Source of the DNA: Candidatus Algichlamydia australiensis
Lineage (GTDB): Bacteria > Chlamydiota > Chlamydiia > Chlamydiales > JAJFMI01
Length of the DNA stretch: 64,000 bases
Direction: 5' to 3'
Assembly: GCA_033977065.1 (NCBI GenBank)
Contig: JAXCHI010000003.1
Span: 32,001-96,000, forward strand
The translations under genes were made by a program, and so were the position numbers. Positions 1 to 11,040 of the stretch are shown one piece after another (the stretch's first letter is position 1; every line of letters begins with the position of its first letter). The notes under the pieces were generated by a model. It saw only the letters and a program-made list of their open reading frames with translations, did not search any database and was not told where the DNA came from.

Positions 1-414
1 AGTAACCCAACTTTTGCAAAGAGTAAAGGGAAGTGGGTCACGCTCTGCAAAAAGAGTAGGCAAAATTTGGTACTCTTCATAAATATCTTGGTAGAAAATT
101 TCCTCGTATAAAGTCTCTTCTTGCCCAAGCAGGTTCTCAATATCTTCTTCAAGCTCAACTTGCTCTTCTTCTGACGCTCCTAAAGTTGCTAGAAAGGCAA
201 GAGTTCCATTAACTCTCTCTAAATCCTTTGGTGAATAGGTTTTTTCAAGCTCACCTGATTCCAAACGCTCAAGCAAAAGAAGAACATCATCGTAGGTGAT
301 CTGAGAGCTTAGTTCTTTCCATGATAAGACAGAAGTTCGCGGAGCTTCATCGCTCTCAATAAAGCTAATAGGTGTGACAATCAGTAAAATTAGGTGCGTT
401 AGAAATTTAAACAT
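1..414 (-). CDS. Hypothetical protein with N-terminal signal-like segment, 5' part only (runs off the window edge)
   Basis: Read by hand (absent from ORF track): ATG at 414 with GGAG RBS at 421-424, open to position 1: MFKFLTHLILLIVTPISFIES...PFTLCKSWVT. Confidence 0.75.
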   Translation of the reverse strand, partial: MFKFLTHLILLIVTPISFIESDEAPRTSVLSWKELSSQITYDDVLLLLERLESGELEKTYSPKDLERVNGTLAFLATLGASEEEQVELEEDIENLLGQEETLYEEIFYQDIYEEYQILPTLFAERDPLPFTLCKSWVT

Positions 415-434
415 GACGACCTCCAAATGGCCGC

Positions 435-464
435 AGTCTATTCCCTTTGAAAAAGCTTTGTCAA
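435..464 (-). promoter_or_regulatory. Sigma66/70-type promoter for the 1..414 gene
   Basis: TTGACA-N18-TAGACT on the minus strand. Confidence 0.5.
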
Positions 465-710
465 GATTTAATTCGGATAGTATTTAACCCAAGATGTTTG
501 AAAAGTATAAGTAAGCTCTGCGTTACTCAAACTCTTTTCTAGAAAAATTTTTGCCAAACAGCCAAAACTTTATCAAATATAGTTGATTTTACATGGATTT
601 TCTACAATGTTGAGACTGCAGGTGCAGTAGCTAAAGTTGACTCTATTGCGACATTATACGAACAAATTGTATCATCTGATTTGTATTTTAGATGTAAGAA
701 AATCAAACTC

Positions 711-1787
711 ATGCGTTTTAAATTATTTAACATTCCTGTCCGTATTTGCCCAAGCTTTTGGATTTTTTTAGTCTTTTTTACAGGGATGCATAAGCAAATA
801 TCTCCTAGCTGCCTGATTATAGGAGCGGTATTAATCATTGGTTTATTAGTGCATGAGCTAGGTCATGCGCTAACAGCCAAGTATTTTGGCTCTGAGTCTG
901 AGATTACATTGGAAGCTTTTGGGGGTTTTGCGAGCTTTGATCCCTCTAGAGTCTCCCCAAAGCAGAGTTTTCTTATTACACTCAACGGTCCCTTACTTGA
1001 AAGTATGCTGATTTTGGTTGCTGCTGCTCTTTTGAAGTTTGGTATGTTCAGTGGCTACTTTCGCTATTTCTTGTCTGCAACCGTTTGGATCAATTCTATC
1101 TGGTGCATTTTAAACCTATTACCTCTAGATCCTCTTGACGGCGGTAAGATTGCACGATTTCTTCTTACCAAGTGGTTTGGGCAAAGAGGCGAAAAGCTGA
1201 GTATAGGCTTGGGGATAGCTGCTGCTCTGATAGCGGTTCCTATTTTAGTAAAATTTGGGTTCTATTTCTTCTCTCTTTATTTAGTCACTTGTGCTTTTCG
1301 AAGTGTAAAGGGTTATGAAAAGTATGATGTACAAAGCGATCTCAGCTATTTGAATGAAGGGCTCACAGCACTTAGGTGTGGTGAAGTTGACAAAGCTAAG
1401 CTCCTTCTTACTCGATTAAAAAAGTGTCATAATAAGCAAATCAAAAACTCTGCAATGGAGGCCGTAGCAGAAATTTACTCCATTGAAGGAAAGAAAGATA
1501 AGGCGTTTCACATTCTCAATAAGAGAAAGCCTGATGAGTTAAAAAGTGGACTATGCCTTCTTTGCAGACTTGCTTACGAGCGCGGTAATCATGCAATTGT
1601 TGCAAAGCACTCTAGACGACTCTATGAGCTTGAGCCCACTTTTGATACAGCGATGCTTATTAGTAATTCTTTCTTTTGCTTGGGCAATTCTGAGCGCGGC
1701 AACGCATGGCTAAAAACAGCCTCAATGTTTGATGGTGTGACAAATGAAGATATAGAGAAGGCTCAGAAAAACAGGATTGCCCTTTAG
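711..1787 (+). CDS. Site-2 protease (M50) family metalloprotease with TPR-like C-terminus
   Basis: HELGH and NLLPLDPLDGG motifs, several TM helices, helical C-terminal region; ATG at 711 preferred over TTG at 681. Confidence 0.85.
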   Translation: MRFKLFNIPVRICPSFWIFLVFFTGMHKQISPSCLIIGAVLIIGLLVHELGHALTAKYFGSESEITLEAFGGFASFDPSRVSPKQSFLITLNGPLLESMLILVAAALLKFGMFSGYFRYFLSATVWINSIWCILNLLPLDPLDGGKIARFLLTKWFGQRGEKLSIGLGIAAALIAVPILVKFGFYFFSLYLVTCAFRSVKGYEKYDVQSDLSYLNEGLTALRCGEVDKAKLLLTRLKKCHNKQIKNSAMEAVAEIYSIEGKKDKAFHILNKRKPDELKSGLCLLCRLAYERGNHAIVAKHSRRLYELEPTFDTAMLISNSFFCLGNSERGNAWLKTASMFDGVTNEDIEKAQKNRIAL

Positions 1788-1903
1788 TATCTTTGTACAG
1801 AACATAAACGATGTGCCATATGACTATTACTTGATTTAATGGCTAGATCTCATTTTTGCGATCGCAAAAACAAAAAATGCATGCATGGTTTGTTCTACAT
1901 ATT

Positions 1904-2362
1904 TTAATGCTCTTTTTGGAAGTCAGGGGTAAGAAGTTCAACTTTTTCATATTTTTTTGCTAGTCGATCGATCCACTTAGTATCTTTAGAAAATATTTCC
2001 CAAAACCCACCATCGATCATCTCAATAACAATATCACAAGTTTCATACATTTTTTGGTCATCTTTATAGCGATGGATGTTCCCTTTATTGCTACATCCAA
2101 TTATGAGAACCTCGATTTCTTGAAAAATTTTCTTTGAAATCTCAAAAAGAGTCTCAAATGTGCATGGAAAACCATTTTTAGATTTGTTAACTTTATTTTC
2201 TAACTCTATAAAAAAGCTTCCACTTGAGTCCAAAGGAGTAACGTCCAGCCACAATAACGCCCAATTTGGCTGACTCGCATTTGGTATTTCAGCCAATATT
2301 TCTCTTAGAGGTATGCACTTGTTTTCTTTTAGATCTGATATTCTAATCCCTTTTGTACTCAT
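1904..2362 (-). CDS. Candidate immunity protein for the RHS toxin
   Basis: 152-aa acidic ORF starting 29 bp after the RHS stop, same strand, GGAG RBS. Confidence 0.6.
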   Translation of the reverse strand: MSTKGIRISDLKENKCIPLREILAEIPNASQPNWALLWLDVTPLDSSGSFFIELENKVNKSKNGFPCTFETLFEISKKIFQEIEVLIIGCSNKGNIHRYKDDQKMYETCDIVIEMIDGGFWEIFSKDTKWIDRLAKKYEKVELLTPDFQKEH

Positions 2363-2391
2363 AAATAATAATAGCTCCAGTCTGTTACAGG

Positions 2392-5300
2392 TTAGCCTCT
2401 AGGATCTCTGCTACGTGTCCCACCTGTAGGGTTGGGTTTGTATTCGTGTTGGTGAGGATTTGAGTGGTCTTTAGACCTACCGTGGTCAGTAAAATCTATA
2501 TCCCGTACTGGCTTGCCATTTATATCAAATTCCCTTGCTTGGGGATACTTTCCTTTTCGCCCTTCTTTGGTACCAAGTTGAGTATGAGGAGCGTCACTCT
2601 CAGGTTTTGGCTCTTTAGTTCGAGGGTCTCGAGGTAGATCCCTATCTGGAGCATACACATCGCTACTTTCTTTATGAATTCTATAGTCATCATAAAGTTC
2701 AGGCGGAACTTCAACAGAAATCCAGCCATCTGACAAATATTCTTGTCTTTTTGGTGTTGCTGGAGCACCATCAATTCTGTTGTTTACGTAGTCTACGGCT
2801 TCGTTGGCTCCCCAAGCTGCAATTGCTACCGCTGCTGAGCAAATTACTGCTTTAATAACTGCTGCGGCTTCAATTCCTAGAGGTATTGCGATCAACCACT
2901 TTCCAGTGGGGTCTTGGTAGTAAAAGGGTCGATTGAGGAGGTAGGCATAGGTGTTATAGCTGTCGGTGTAGCCGGCGGGGTCAGGGGTGAGAAAGCGGCC
3001 GAGGGTAGGGTCGTAGTAGCGGGCGCCAAAGTAGATGAGGCCGGTGGGGTCTTCTCTTTTGGACTGGTAGGTCCAGGGATGGGTTGATGGTAAGGTTTGC
3101 TCTCCGAAGGCCGTGTAAGTAAATTGATGCTGGAGGTCACCGTTGGGTGTGTAGAGAGCTGTGATATTGCCATCGATGGAGTGGAGCGGGATGTAGGTTT
3201 GATTCTCTATTTCGTAGAGGATTGTCGCGTCGATTTCTGAAGGAGTGGTGGGGTTGAGGAGGCGTCTTTGTATGAGGGTGTTTTGTTGAATTTGCCCTAT
3301 TTCTTTTTGATTATCGTAGATGTAGCTGCTGTTATTGGCGGTTAGTCTGCGGTGGAAGGGGTCGTAGGTATAGGTGGTTTTTGTGGCGGGAGTTTGGATG
3401 GCGATGAGACGATCTAAGGCGTCGTAGGTGTAGTGGGTAGTGTTTTTTTGGATGAGGTTACCGTTAGGGTCGTAGGTGTAGGTTGTTTGGGGCGTTTTTG
3501 TGATTTGGTTGAGGGTATTAAGGGTGTAGGGTGTTTCGTTTTTTGTATGGCGATTGTAGTGGGTGTCGTAGGTGTAGGTAGTGTCGTTTTCGGTGAGGAG
3601 TTGATTTAGGGGATCGTAGGTGTAGGTGGTATCGGCTCTGTTGTAGGTGCGGGCGAGGAGATTGTTAGCTTGATCAAATTGGGTGTAGGTTTCTGTTTGG
3701 TAGGGTGAGGTGCGGGCAGTTTCACGACCAAGGGGATTGTAGGTGTGGGTTTGTGTGCCGAGGCCTGCTGGGAGGGTCTCTTGGAGAAGGTGGCCGTTTT
3801 GATCGTAGAGGTCGTAGGTTTGGGTGAGGTTGTTGAAGTGAGCTTGTTTGAGGTGATATGGGTCGTAAGTAAAGGTGGCTTTTTTATGATCGGGATAGGT
3901 TAGAGTCGTTGGGCGGTCGTAAAGGTCGTAGGTTTTTTTTATGGTGTAGTGGTTGATAAACTGTTCTTCTATGAGACGGTCTTGATGGTCATAGTTTCTT
4001 TTTAGGATGAGGTTGCCGTGATCATAGACTTTTTTTAGGCGATCGCGTGTGTCATAGGCATAGCGGTAGCTGATGGTGTGGTCTGAGGAAGTAAGGGTTG
4101 TAAGACGCTGTTTGCCGTCGTAGGTTTTTTTAATTTTTACGCCGTCAGGTTTGATGATTTGGGCTTGGTTGCCTGTAGGGGTATATGTGTAGGTTGTTTT
4201 TTTGATTTCTGATTCGATGTGGGCTGTTTTTCTGTTGAGAGGGTCGTAGTTGTAGGTAATGGTTTGTTGTTTAGTTGTCTCATCGGGCTGGGCGTAGGTA
4301 ATTAGAATTTGGACGAGGTTGTTATTGGGATCGTAGGTATTTTCTTCGATTCGTAATGTGTTGCTTTTTTGATCCATCCATCTTTTGAGAAGGAGGTTGG
4401 CTTGGCCGTTGTAGTGCTCTTCTTGGGTTGTGCCGTTAGGATGTTGGGTAGTTTTTTTGAGGTGTTGGGGGTGATTTTGGTAATAAATGTAGGTGGTTTG
4501 GTTGAGAGCGTTGGTTTTTTGGATAAGGCGATTGAGTGCGTCGTAGGTGTAGCAGGTTTCGCTTGGGTTTTGGTCGATAGTTGTGGAGATTTTTTTGCAG
4601 TTATTATGACCATCGTATTCGTAGGTAGTTTGATGGTAGAGCTTTCCGGAGAGGTCTTCATCTCGCTTTTCAATAGGACGATTTAAGAGGTCAAAGGTTT
4701 TAATTTGCACTCTTTGACCGTCTACGGTTTTGTAGGGTCTGTCGAGAGCATCGTGGTAAATTTTTTCTTTTTTCTCTCCGTAGATGGTCGATTTTAGGCG
4801 GCCTGCACCGTCGTATTTGTAGGTATAGATGCGTTTTCCTGGCAGTTCTTTGCGGATTAGGTGAGGGCCTTTGTAGGTATAGCGCTCTTTAGCGATTTGC
4901 TCCCAGTTGTTATCTGTAAGGGTTGTTTTGATTTTTCTGCCTAAGATGTCATAGGTGTGGTCTGTTATTCGTTTCTCTTGGTCGATGTAGGTAGCCAGGG
5001 TGCCATCAAGGTCATATATGAAGGACTCTTCTGTTCCATCTGGGTGGATGATAAGGGTCTTTTGATTGAAGATGTTGTAACGGGTTTTGGTAGTATTGCC
5101 GTTGCCATCGGTTACTGCAGTGCAGTTTCCTTCGGGGTCATAGGTGTATTTCCAGATGGAGCCATCAGGTCTGCGTTTTTCGATAATTTGATCGTCTGTA
5201 TTGTAGGTATATTCTGTTCGCTCATCCAGCTCGTTTGTTTCTGCAATTTTGCGGCTTTTTCTATCGTATTCGTAGGTGATTTTTTTAAAGGTATTGGGCT

Positions 5301-7300
5301 TAGTTGTATCTTGGTGAGTGCGGGTGATAAGGTTATTTTGCTCGTCGTATTCTGAATGAATTTCTAAATTTTTGTAGGGGTGACTCTCTTTAGTGCAGTT
5401 GTTTTGCTCGTCGTAAGTATAGAGGGTCTTCTGTCCGAGCGCGTCTGTTTTCTCAATGAGTCGGTCTTGCGTGTCGTAGAGGTAGTGGAGGGTATATTGG
5501 TAGTTGTCTTCTGCATCAAATATCTTTTTTTGGACGATGCGCGAATTTTGGTCGTAGATATTAATGCTTTTTTTTTAGGAGGATCTCTTTTTGTTTTTTG
5601 CTGTCGTAGTAGTAGTCAGCAATTTCTTCGGGCAAGTTAAGAGCTGGGATAGGTGCGATTTTTGTTGAACTCTCCCCTGCTCGATGCGGTTTGATTCTTC
5701 TGATTTTTCGGGTTGTGACTTCTTTTAGGTTTTCTGGGTCCTCCGATGCGCCATCATCTCTGATCTGTTGGATGAGGATGTAGTCTTCGTTGTAGGTAAA
5801 AAATTGACGCTTGTAAATTTTTTCTGAATCGCCAGTAAGGATTGAAGCTGGAAGCGCCGTCTCTTTCCAGTATGTGGTTCTGGTGATTTTGCCTGAAGGG
5901 TCTTTTTTAAAGATAGGCAGGTGCTTTGCGTTATACTGGTATTCTGTTACAGATTTTTCACATCCTCCAAATCCACGATGGTCTCCCCGGAGAATCTCTT
6001 TTGTGATATTGTGTTTGTTGTCGTATTCATACTCGACTGTTTTGTAGGGTTTTCCTTCGCGGGTTTTGTAGGTGAGACTCAGGAGGTTTCCTTGCGCCCA
6101 TTCATATTCAATCTCTCGCGTTTTCTCTCCCTTTTGGTTGGTGTAAATGAGTCGTTTTGGAAATTTTTTCTTTCCCAGTTGATAGAGAGTTTTTCCGCCT
6201 TCAGGATCTATAGCTTCTATCTCTTTTGTAATATCAGATGAAGGACCTTTATAATTAAGTTGATAGACTCCCCTGCTGTTTGCGATCTGCTTAACAGTAT
6301 TTGAGGGCCATACGACTTTTTGCCCCCATTCGCGGTAGTTTTTTCCTTTGCTCCTATCTTCATTCTCAAACGGAACAATTTTTTTCTCGTTGTAGGTAAT
6401 TTCTACGTAAGGACCTTCGGAAAAGGCTCTTCTACTCATGCGCCTGTCAGTATAGGTGAAGAGCTCTTTTGGCTTTCCCGTAATCTCTAAAGATGCGATC
6501 TGTCTTTGGCCCTCCTCAAATCCTTTCCTCTCTTTTCTTCCATCACTTGTGACAATTTCATCGTCATTATAGATTGCAACGGCATACACTGAGTTTTTTC
6601 TTGGACCAGAAGAGTATACAGATTTTAATACTGTGTACTTCGGATTTGTAGTCCAACTATAAAAAATTCTATTCCCGTTGGGGAGTCTCTCTTCGGTAAG
6701 GCAGTATCTATATGAGTGAATTGTGCGAAGCTTTTGATCGCCAAATATGTATGAACTGCTTTTTGTCTTTTTAAGTTTTTTTCCGTAGATGCGCACTGTC
6801 CCATCAGGCATATGCACTCTGCATGCATCTCCACTAAAGTCCGCATAGGCATTTTTTAGGTTTGTACGACCGCCTACTTCCCCAATTGCTGTATTTAGGA
6901 GCGTGCCTTCGTAAATTTCTCGATTAAGATAGAACTTCTTTGCGTGGTGCTTGCTTGCATGTTTATCACCAAAAATGAGAGGGATTCCTGACACGTCGTG
7001 GGTAGAAAAGTAAAAATAGTTATTTCCCACTTTTCTCGCTTTTAGAAGTAGATGGTTTCGATCACTCCACCCCCCTTTTCCGTACTGATCAAGGCTAAGG
7101 TAGTTGCGCGGAAGCGGCAGAGGCTGTGCGCCCCTCACAACAAGATCATTTTCTGAAATAAAATACTGCCCGCTGATGGGACTCACACAGTCTGCAACTG
7201 TCCAACTTGGAAGCTTTGAGAAGGTTGAGGTTGCCTCCTCAATCGGTGTTTGCGCACTAAGGTGTACCAATACCGTAAAAAGAAAGAAAAGCCTTTTCAT
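2392..7300 (-). CDS. RHS/YD-repeat polymorphic toxin (~1635 aa when restored), split by one +1 frameshift in an A9 run at 5568-5576
   Basis: Signal peptide MKRLFFLFTVLVHLSA, N-terminal VSPISG motif, YD repeats, core end PTGLIYFGARYYDPTLGRFLTPDP...DPTG, His-rich tip; I checked that the frame from 5568 to 4710 is stop-free and joins the 772-aa ORF. Confidence 0.9.
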
Positions 7301-7456
7301 TTAGCCTCCTGTTTAGTGTTTTTTCAAACTTGTAAACAGGTATAGCATCAGGCCGTTTTTTTAAGAAACGGAAAAGGTTTTATTAGCACCACATGTGGCG
7401 CATTGACAGAAAAAATTTATAAGCGCAATGTTTTTTTCAAAAATTTGGAGGACAAG

Positions 7457-8719
7457 ATGCCAAAAGACTATATTGACATGATGTGGGAAAGACATCAAAC
7501 AAATTTAAGATGGCAAAACATGCAAACAGCGCACTATCGACAAAGTAGTGCAATCAATGCAAAGAACATAAAAGTAGTTAAAGAAATAGATGACATAAGA
7601 GAACGGATGACCCTTGAAAGAGGTGAAGTCGACTGCAATTGCTGTCCAGATTTTGGAATTTTTAGATGTTTTAGCGATTGTTTTGAAGCAATGGGAGTTA
7701 TTGGTTCTGCAACATGTAAAAGAACTTACGAAGACGCCAAAGAAAACTGGGTTTCAGTTGCATTTTATGCCACAATTTCAGTTGTCGGATCGATAATCTG
7801 TAAAAAACCAATTGTAGACTCAAAATCAACTAGCAGCGCTGTTTCAAAAGTTGTTTCAAATACCGCAACAAGCGTTGATGAGTATTATGATGTATCTGGA
7901 AAAGTAAGAAGGTGTGCATCTACTACAGCTGAAGCTTGCAAAAGAGGAGTATCTCAGGCAGATGAGCATTTTGACATATCGCACAGATTAGATAGCTGCG
8001 TATCTGGTGCCGCTGAAACCTGTAAAAAAAGCGTAGCCCAGGTTGCAGGAACAATTCTTCCCGCAAAACTTTTTGGAGGAGATTCCTCTACTACCAACCA
8101 TTACACTTCTGTCCAAGATACTTACTACCACAACACACCTGCAGGAGGAGTCCGTAGAAGTACAACACCTCAAAGGTCTTTTTCAAGTAGATACAGTACG
8201 AAAACAGACTCGTCTCTTTCAGACCAAAATAAGCAATTTTCTCAAAATTCCTACGCTATTTTTGAAGAGCCTGTTCCCCCTAAATTAGAGGATTTCCCTT
8301 ACACTGCTAATCCACCATTACGTGGTACTAAACAAACTCTAAAAAGGCGTACAAGACAACGTTCAATGAGACCTACTCGCACAATTCAGGCGCCTACTGA
8401 AACTGACTCACTCACTAGTGTTTCTTATGAAATCGACAAACGAATACAAAAATTAAACGAAATGGACATAGATAATATTAAATTCTATAATGACATTTAT
8501 AATTATGCGGTATTAATAGACCACCTTCTTTTTTTAAAAAAACATGGACGCTTCCACCTTTTAATGGAAAAGAACAATGAGACTCTGAGAACATGCTTTA
8601 AGAGCAAACCCGGGATTTACAAGGCAATCGAAGTAGCAGATTTGCCTGAAGATCGTAAATTATTTGCAAATAGTGTTATCGATCGTGTCTCATCTGCTTC
8701 ATTTGATGAAAGCACTTAA
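7457..8719 (+). CDS. Hypothetical Cys/Ser/Thr-rich protein, possible secreted effector
   Basis: Long ORF, GGAGG RBS before ATG 7457, internal ~28-aa duplication. Confidence 0.7.
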   Translation: MPKDYIDMMWERHQTNLRWQNMQTAHYRQSSAINAKNIKVVKEIDDIRERMTLERGEVDCNCCPDFGIFRCFSDCFEAMGVIGSATCKRTYEDAKENWVSVAFYATISVVGSIICKKPIVDSKSTSSAVSKVVSNTATSVDEYYDVSGKVRRCASTTAEACKRGVSQADEHFDISHRLDSCVSGAAETCKKSVAQVAGTILPAKLFGGDSSTTNHYTSVQDTYYHNTPAGGVRRSTTPQRSFSSRYSTKTDSSLSDQNKQFSQNSYAIFEEPVPPKLEDFPYTANPPLRGTKQTLKRRTRQRSMRPTRTIQAPTETDSLTSVSYEIDKRIQKLNEMDIDNIKFYNDIYNYAVLIDHLLFLKKHGRFHLLMEKNNETLRTCFKSKPGIYKAIEVADLPEDRKLFANSVIDRVSSASFDEST

Positions 8720-8796
8720 GCTAATTGCGTAAACAAGAAGATACGGCTCTTTTTGGGAAAAGTAGCAATAAGAAAATAGAGCCTAAAAATACTGTA

Positions 8797-8824
8797 TTGA
8801 CGGAAACATAATTTTAGATATAGT
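8797..8824 (+). promoter_or_regulatory. Sigma66-type promoter upstream of the 8876 gene
   Basis: TTGACG-N16-TATAGT, followed by AAGGAGGT RBS. Confidence 0.45.
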
Positions 8825-8875
8825 TGGCGTAGTGTTTATGATTTCTTTACAAAAAAAGGGGAAGGAGGTGCAATC

Positions 8876-9865
8876 ATGAGTTTTCCTATTAAAGATGCGA
8901 AAATATATGAAGAATTTTCTAGATTTGCAAACATCATTGATTGGAGCAAGCATCCGGTTGATATTTATTTGAAAACACAAGGAAGCCGTATAGAATACAG
9001 CGATTTTGTTCCTGAATTACATCTCTCATCAAAACGGTATAAAAAGGCCGATTGTCCTAACTATCATGCATATGAGTTATATGGTGGTAAAGAAAAGATC
9101 ATTGGAATTGGGTATGTTTGCTTAAATAAAACTCCAGAAAAGAGAAAGCACATTATTTGTCTACATCGAGGGGATCTTAACCGCAGTATAGCCTCAAGGA
9201 CCTGCGACACATTTTGCGAGTACACCGTCTCAAAGCATGACTCCCCCATACTTTATACTCTTTTACTTCCCTTTAGATTTGTACTGCTAATTCTTTATCT
9301 TTTTACTGCTCTTGTCCTTGATGGAAAAATTGGAGACAATACCAAATCCCAGAAAAAAGTACTTGAAGAGGGTAAAGAGATAAGCAATATTTCTGGTAAA
9401 CTCAGACAAGATCAAGAAAAAATAGAAAAACTAACACCGGAATTAAAGGCAGTACTAGCTCGGTTTGAAAAAGGGTTGACCTCATGTTTGTGTGAACTAA
9501 GTTTAGATACATCCGATTTGGAAAATAATGCAGAAAAATCACTTCTAGAAAGGATAAAACTCTGTGATACAGCTGTTCGAAGCATTCTATCTAAGTCTAA
9601 AGCGTTCAAAGATCAAGATATAAAACAGCGCCTTGTTTCAGATTCAAATGAAGTCTCAAAAAAAATGCAGCACATCCAAGATCTGCATGACGAAATCAAA
9701 CAATTAGCAGAAAGAGCGTCAACTTTTAGAAGAGGTTTACTCTTAACATCAAGCAAATACTCAACATCTAAAGATAACTCTCTTTTTAAAGACATAGACA
9801 AAATCACAACTAGTTGGATTAAGGTCAATCAATCTATCCAAACGTTGTCAAAAAAAGTCGAATAA
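8876..9865 (+). CDS. Hypothetical membrane protein with coiled coil (Inc-like)
   Basis: Hydrophobic segment ILYTLLLPFRFVLLILYLFTALVL followed by heptad-rich region. Confidence 0.7.
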   Translation: MSFPIKDAKIYEEFSRFANIIDWSKHPVDIYLKTQGSRIEYSDFVPELHLSSKRYKKADCPNYHAYELYGGKEKIIGIGYVCLNKTPEKRKHIICLHRGDLNRSIASRTCDTFCEYTVSKHDSPILYTLLLPFRFVLLILYLFTALVLDGKIGDNTKSQKKVLEEGKEISNISGKLRQDQEKIEKLTPELKAVLARFEKGLTSCLCELSLDTSDLENNAEKSLLERIKLCDTAVRSILSKSKAFKDQDIKQRLVSDSNEVSKKMQHIQDLHDEIKQLAERASTFRRGLLLTSSKYSTSKDNSLFKDIDKITTSWIKVNQSIQTLSKKVE

Positions 9866-9880
9866 CAGAGGAGGATACGT

Positions 9881-10606
9881 ATGTTTTTCTTAGATATGCT
9901 TAAAACAGGAGTTGATACCACAAAGTTTACAGAAGACGATGAGGTGTGCCAAAAAATTTTAAAAACAGTTGCTTTGGTCAATTTTGTCTCTGGCGGTTTC
10001 TTCGTTTCGTCGGCCTATTTTTATAATGGTAATAAGGCGATTTTGGGGGCGCTCTTACTGATAAATTCAAAGTTTCTCTACTCTTATGCTAAATTGCAAA
10101 AGCGTTTTTATGAAGATGAACGGTTACGAGAAGCTATTGGTGAGAGTGAAGAAAAACGAAAAGAGGCTATTGAAGATTTAGGGAGAGTTTCTTCAAGTAT
10201 GAACAATACAACAGATACCATGAACAAGTTGTATAAGGAAGTTGTTGAAAAAACTGAACAACTCCAAGAAATTGCCAAAGCTTCTGATGGTATAGGTGAT
10301 GCTAGCCAATCGCTCTCTGATTTAAACAAAAAATTCGATGAATTGATTGCTGGCAACAAAAAATTCATTGCACAGCAAGCAGAAATTATTGATCGAATCA
10401 ACGCAGAAATACCGCTTAAAAGCAAAGAAGACGTCGACTCTGATCCCATTTGGAAAAGAATTGATGAGTTAAATAAAAAAATTGATGCGGAGTCTGATCC
10501 TGTTTTAAGGATCGAACTGGAATTTGAACAGCTCGCCCTAGAAGAAAAAATTAATGATAGAAGGAAAAAACAAATTAAGGAAAAACCTACTAACCAAAAC
10601 AACTAA
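9881..10606 (+). CDS. Inc-like protein, paralog A (bilobed hydrophobic domain plus coiled coil)
   Basis: Two close hydrophobic stretches near the N-terminus, then coiled coil; GAGGAGG RBS. Confidence 0.75.
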   Translation: MFFLDMLKTGVDTTKFTEDDEVCQKILKTVALVNFVSGGFFVSSAYFYNGNKAILGALLLINSKFLYSYAKLQKRFYEDERLREAIGESEEKRKEAIEDLGRVSSSMNNTTDTMNKLYKEVVEKTEQLQEIAKASDGIGDASQSLSDLNKKFDELIAGNKKFIAQQAEIIDRINAEIPLKSKEDVDSDPIWKRIDELNKKIDAESDPVLRIELEFEQLALEEKINDRRKKQIKEKPTNQNN

Positions 10607-11040
10607 AATAGAAATTAATTTGTACGGCCAATAATATCAAGCTCATCGAAGTTGGGGTATTTTTCATTTACGCAATTATGAACTTAAATTGAAACCGTTA
10701 GGTGGCAACTTAAGTATATTAGTACTCTATCTAGGCCGTTGATAACAGGGGCAGCAATGAACAGATTAGGGCTGCTAAAAAGCAGATCAATATCTAATTG
10801 AGTGAAGAAGAATCAAGAGAAGTAAAAAACTAATTCACTAATCACGATTTCTACAGTAAAATTCTTTGTATATATTCTCTACTATTTTTAAAAATTAAAT
10901 TTTTTATAGCTAAATAAAATTTAAAAAATATTTTTTATTTAAATTTATCTAAAAGGTTGATAAAATAACTAAATAATTTCTTTTCTTATAAAGAAGGTAT
11001 TTAAGTAGAAGCTCAGGATTTTTAAAAATGGAGAAAAGGT

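Noticed and set aside
2520..6852. Alternative-frame and antisense ORFs within the RHS gene
   Set aside because: By-products of the strong compositional bias; no RBS or recognisable motifs
10615..10860. Weak TACGGCC...GGCCGT ends and a TAGTACTCT fragment between the Inc paralogs
   Set aside because: Matches too short to call an element
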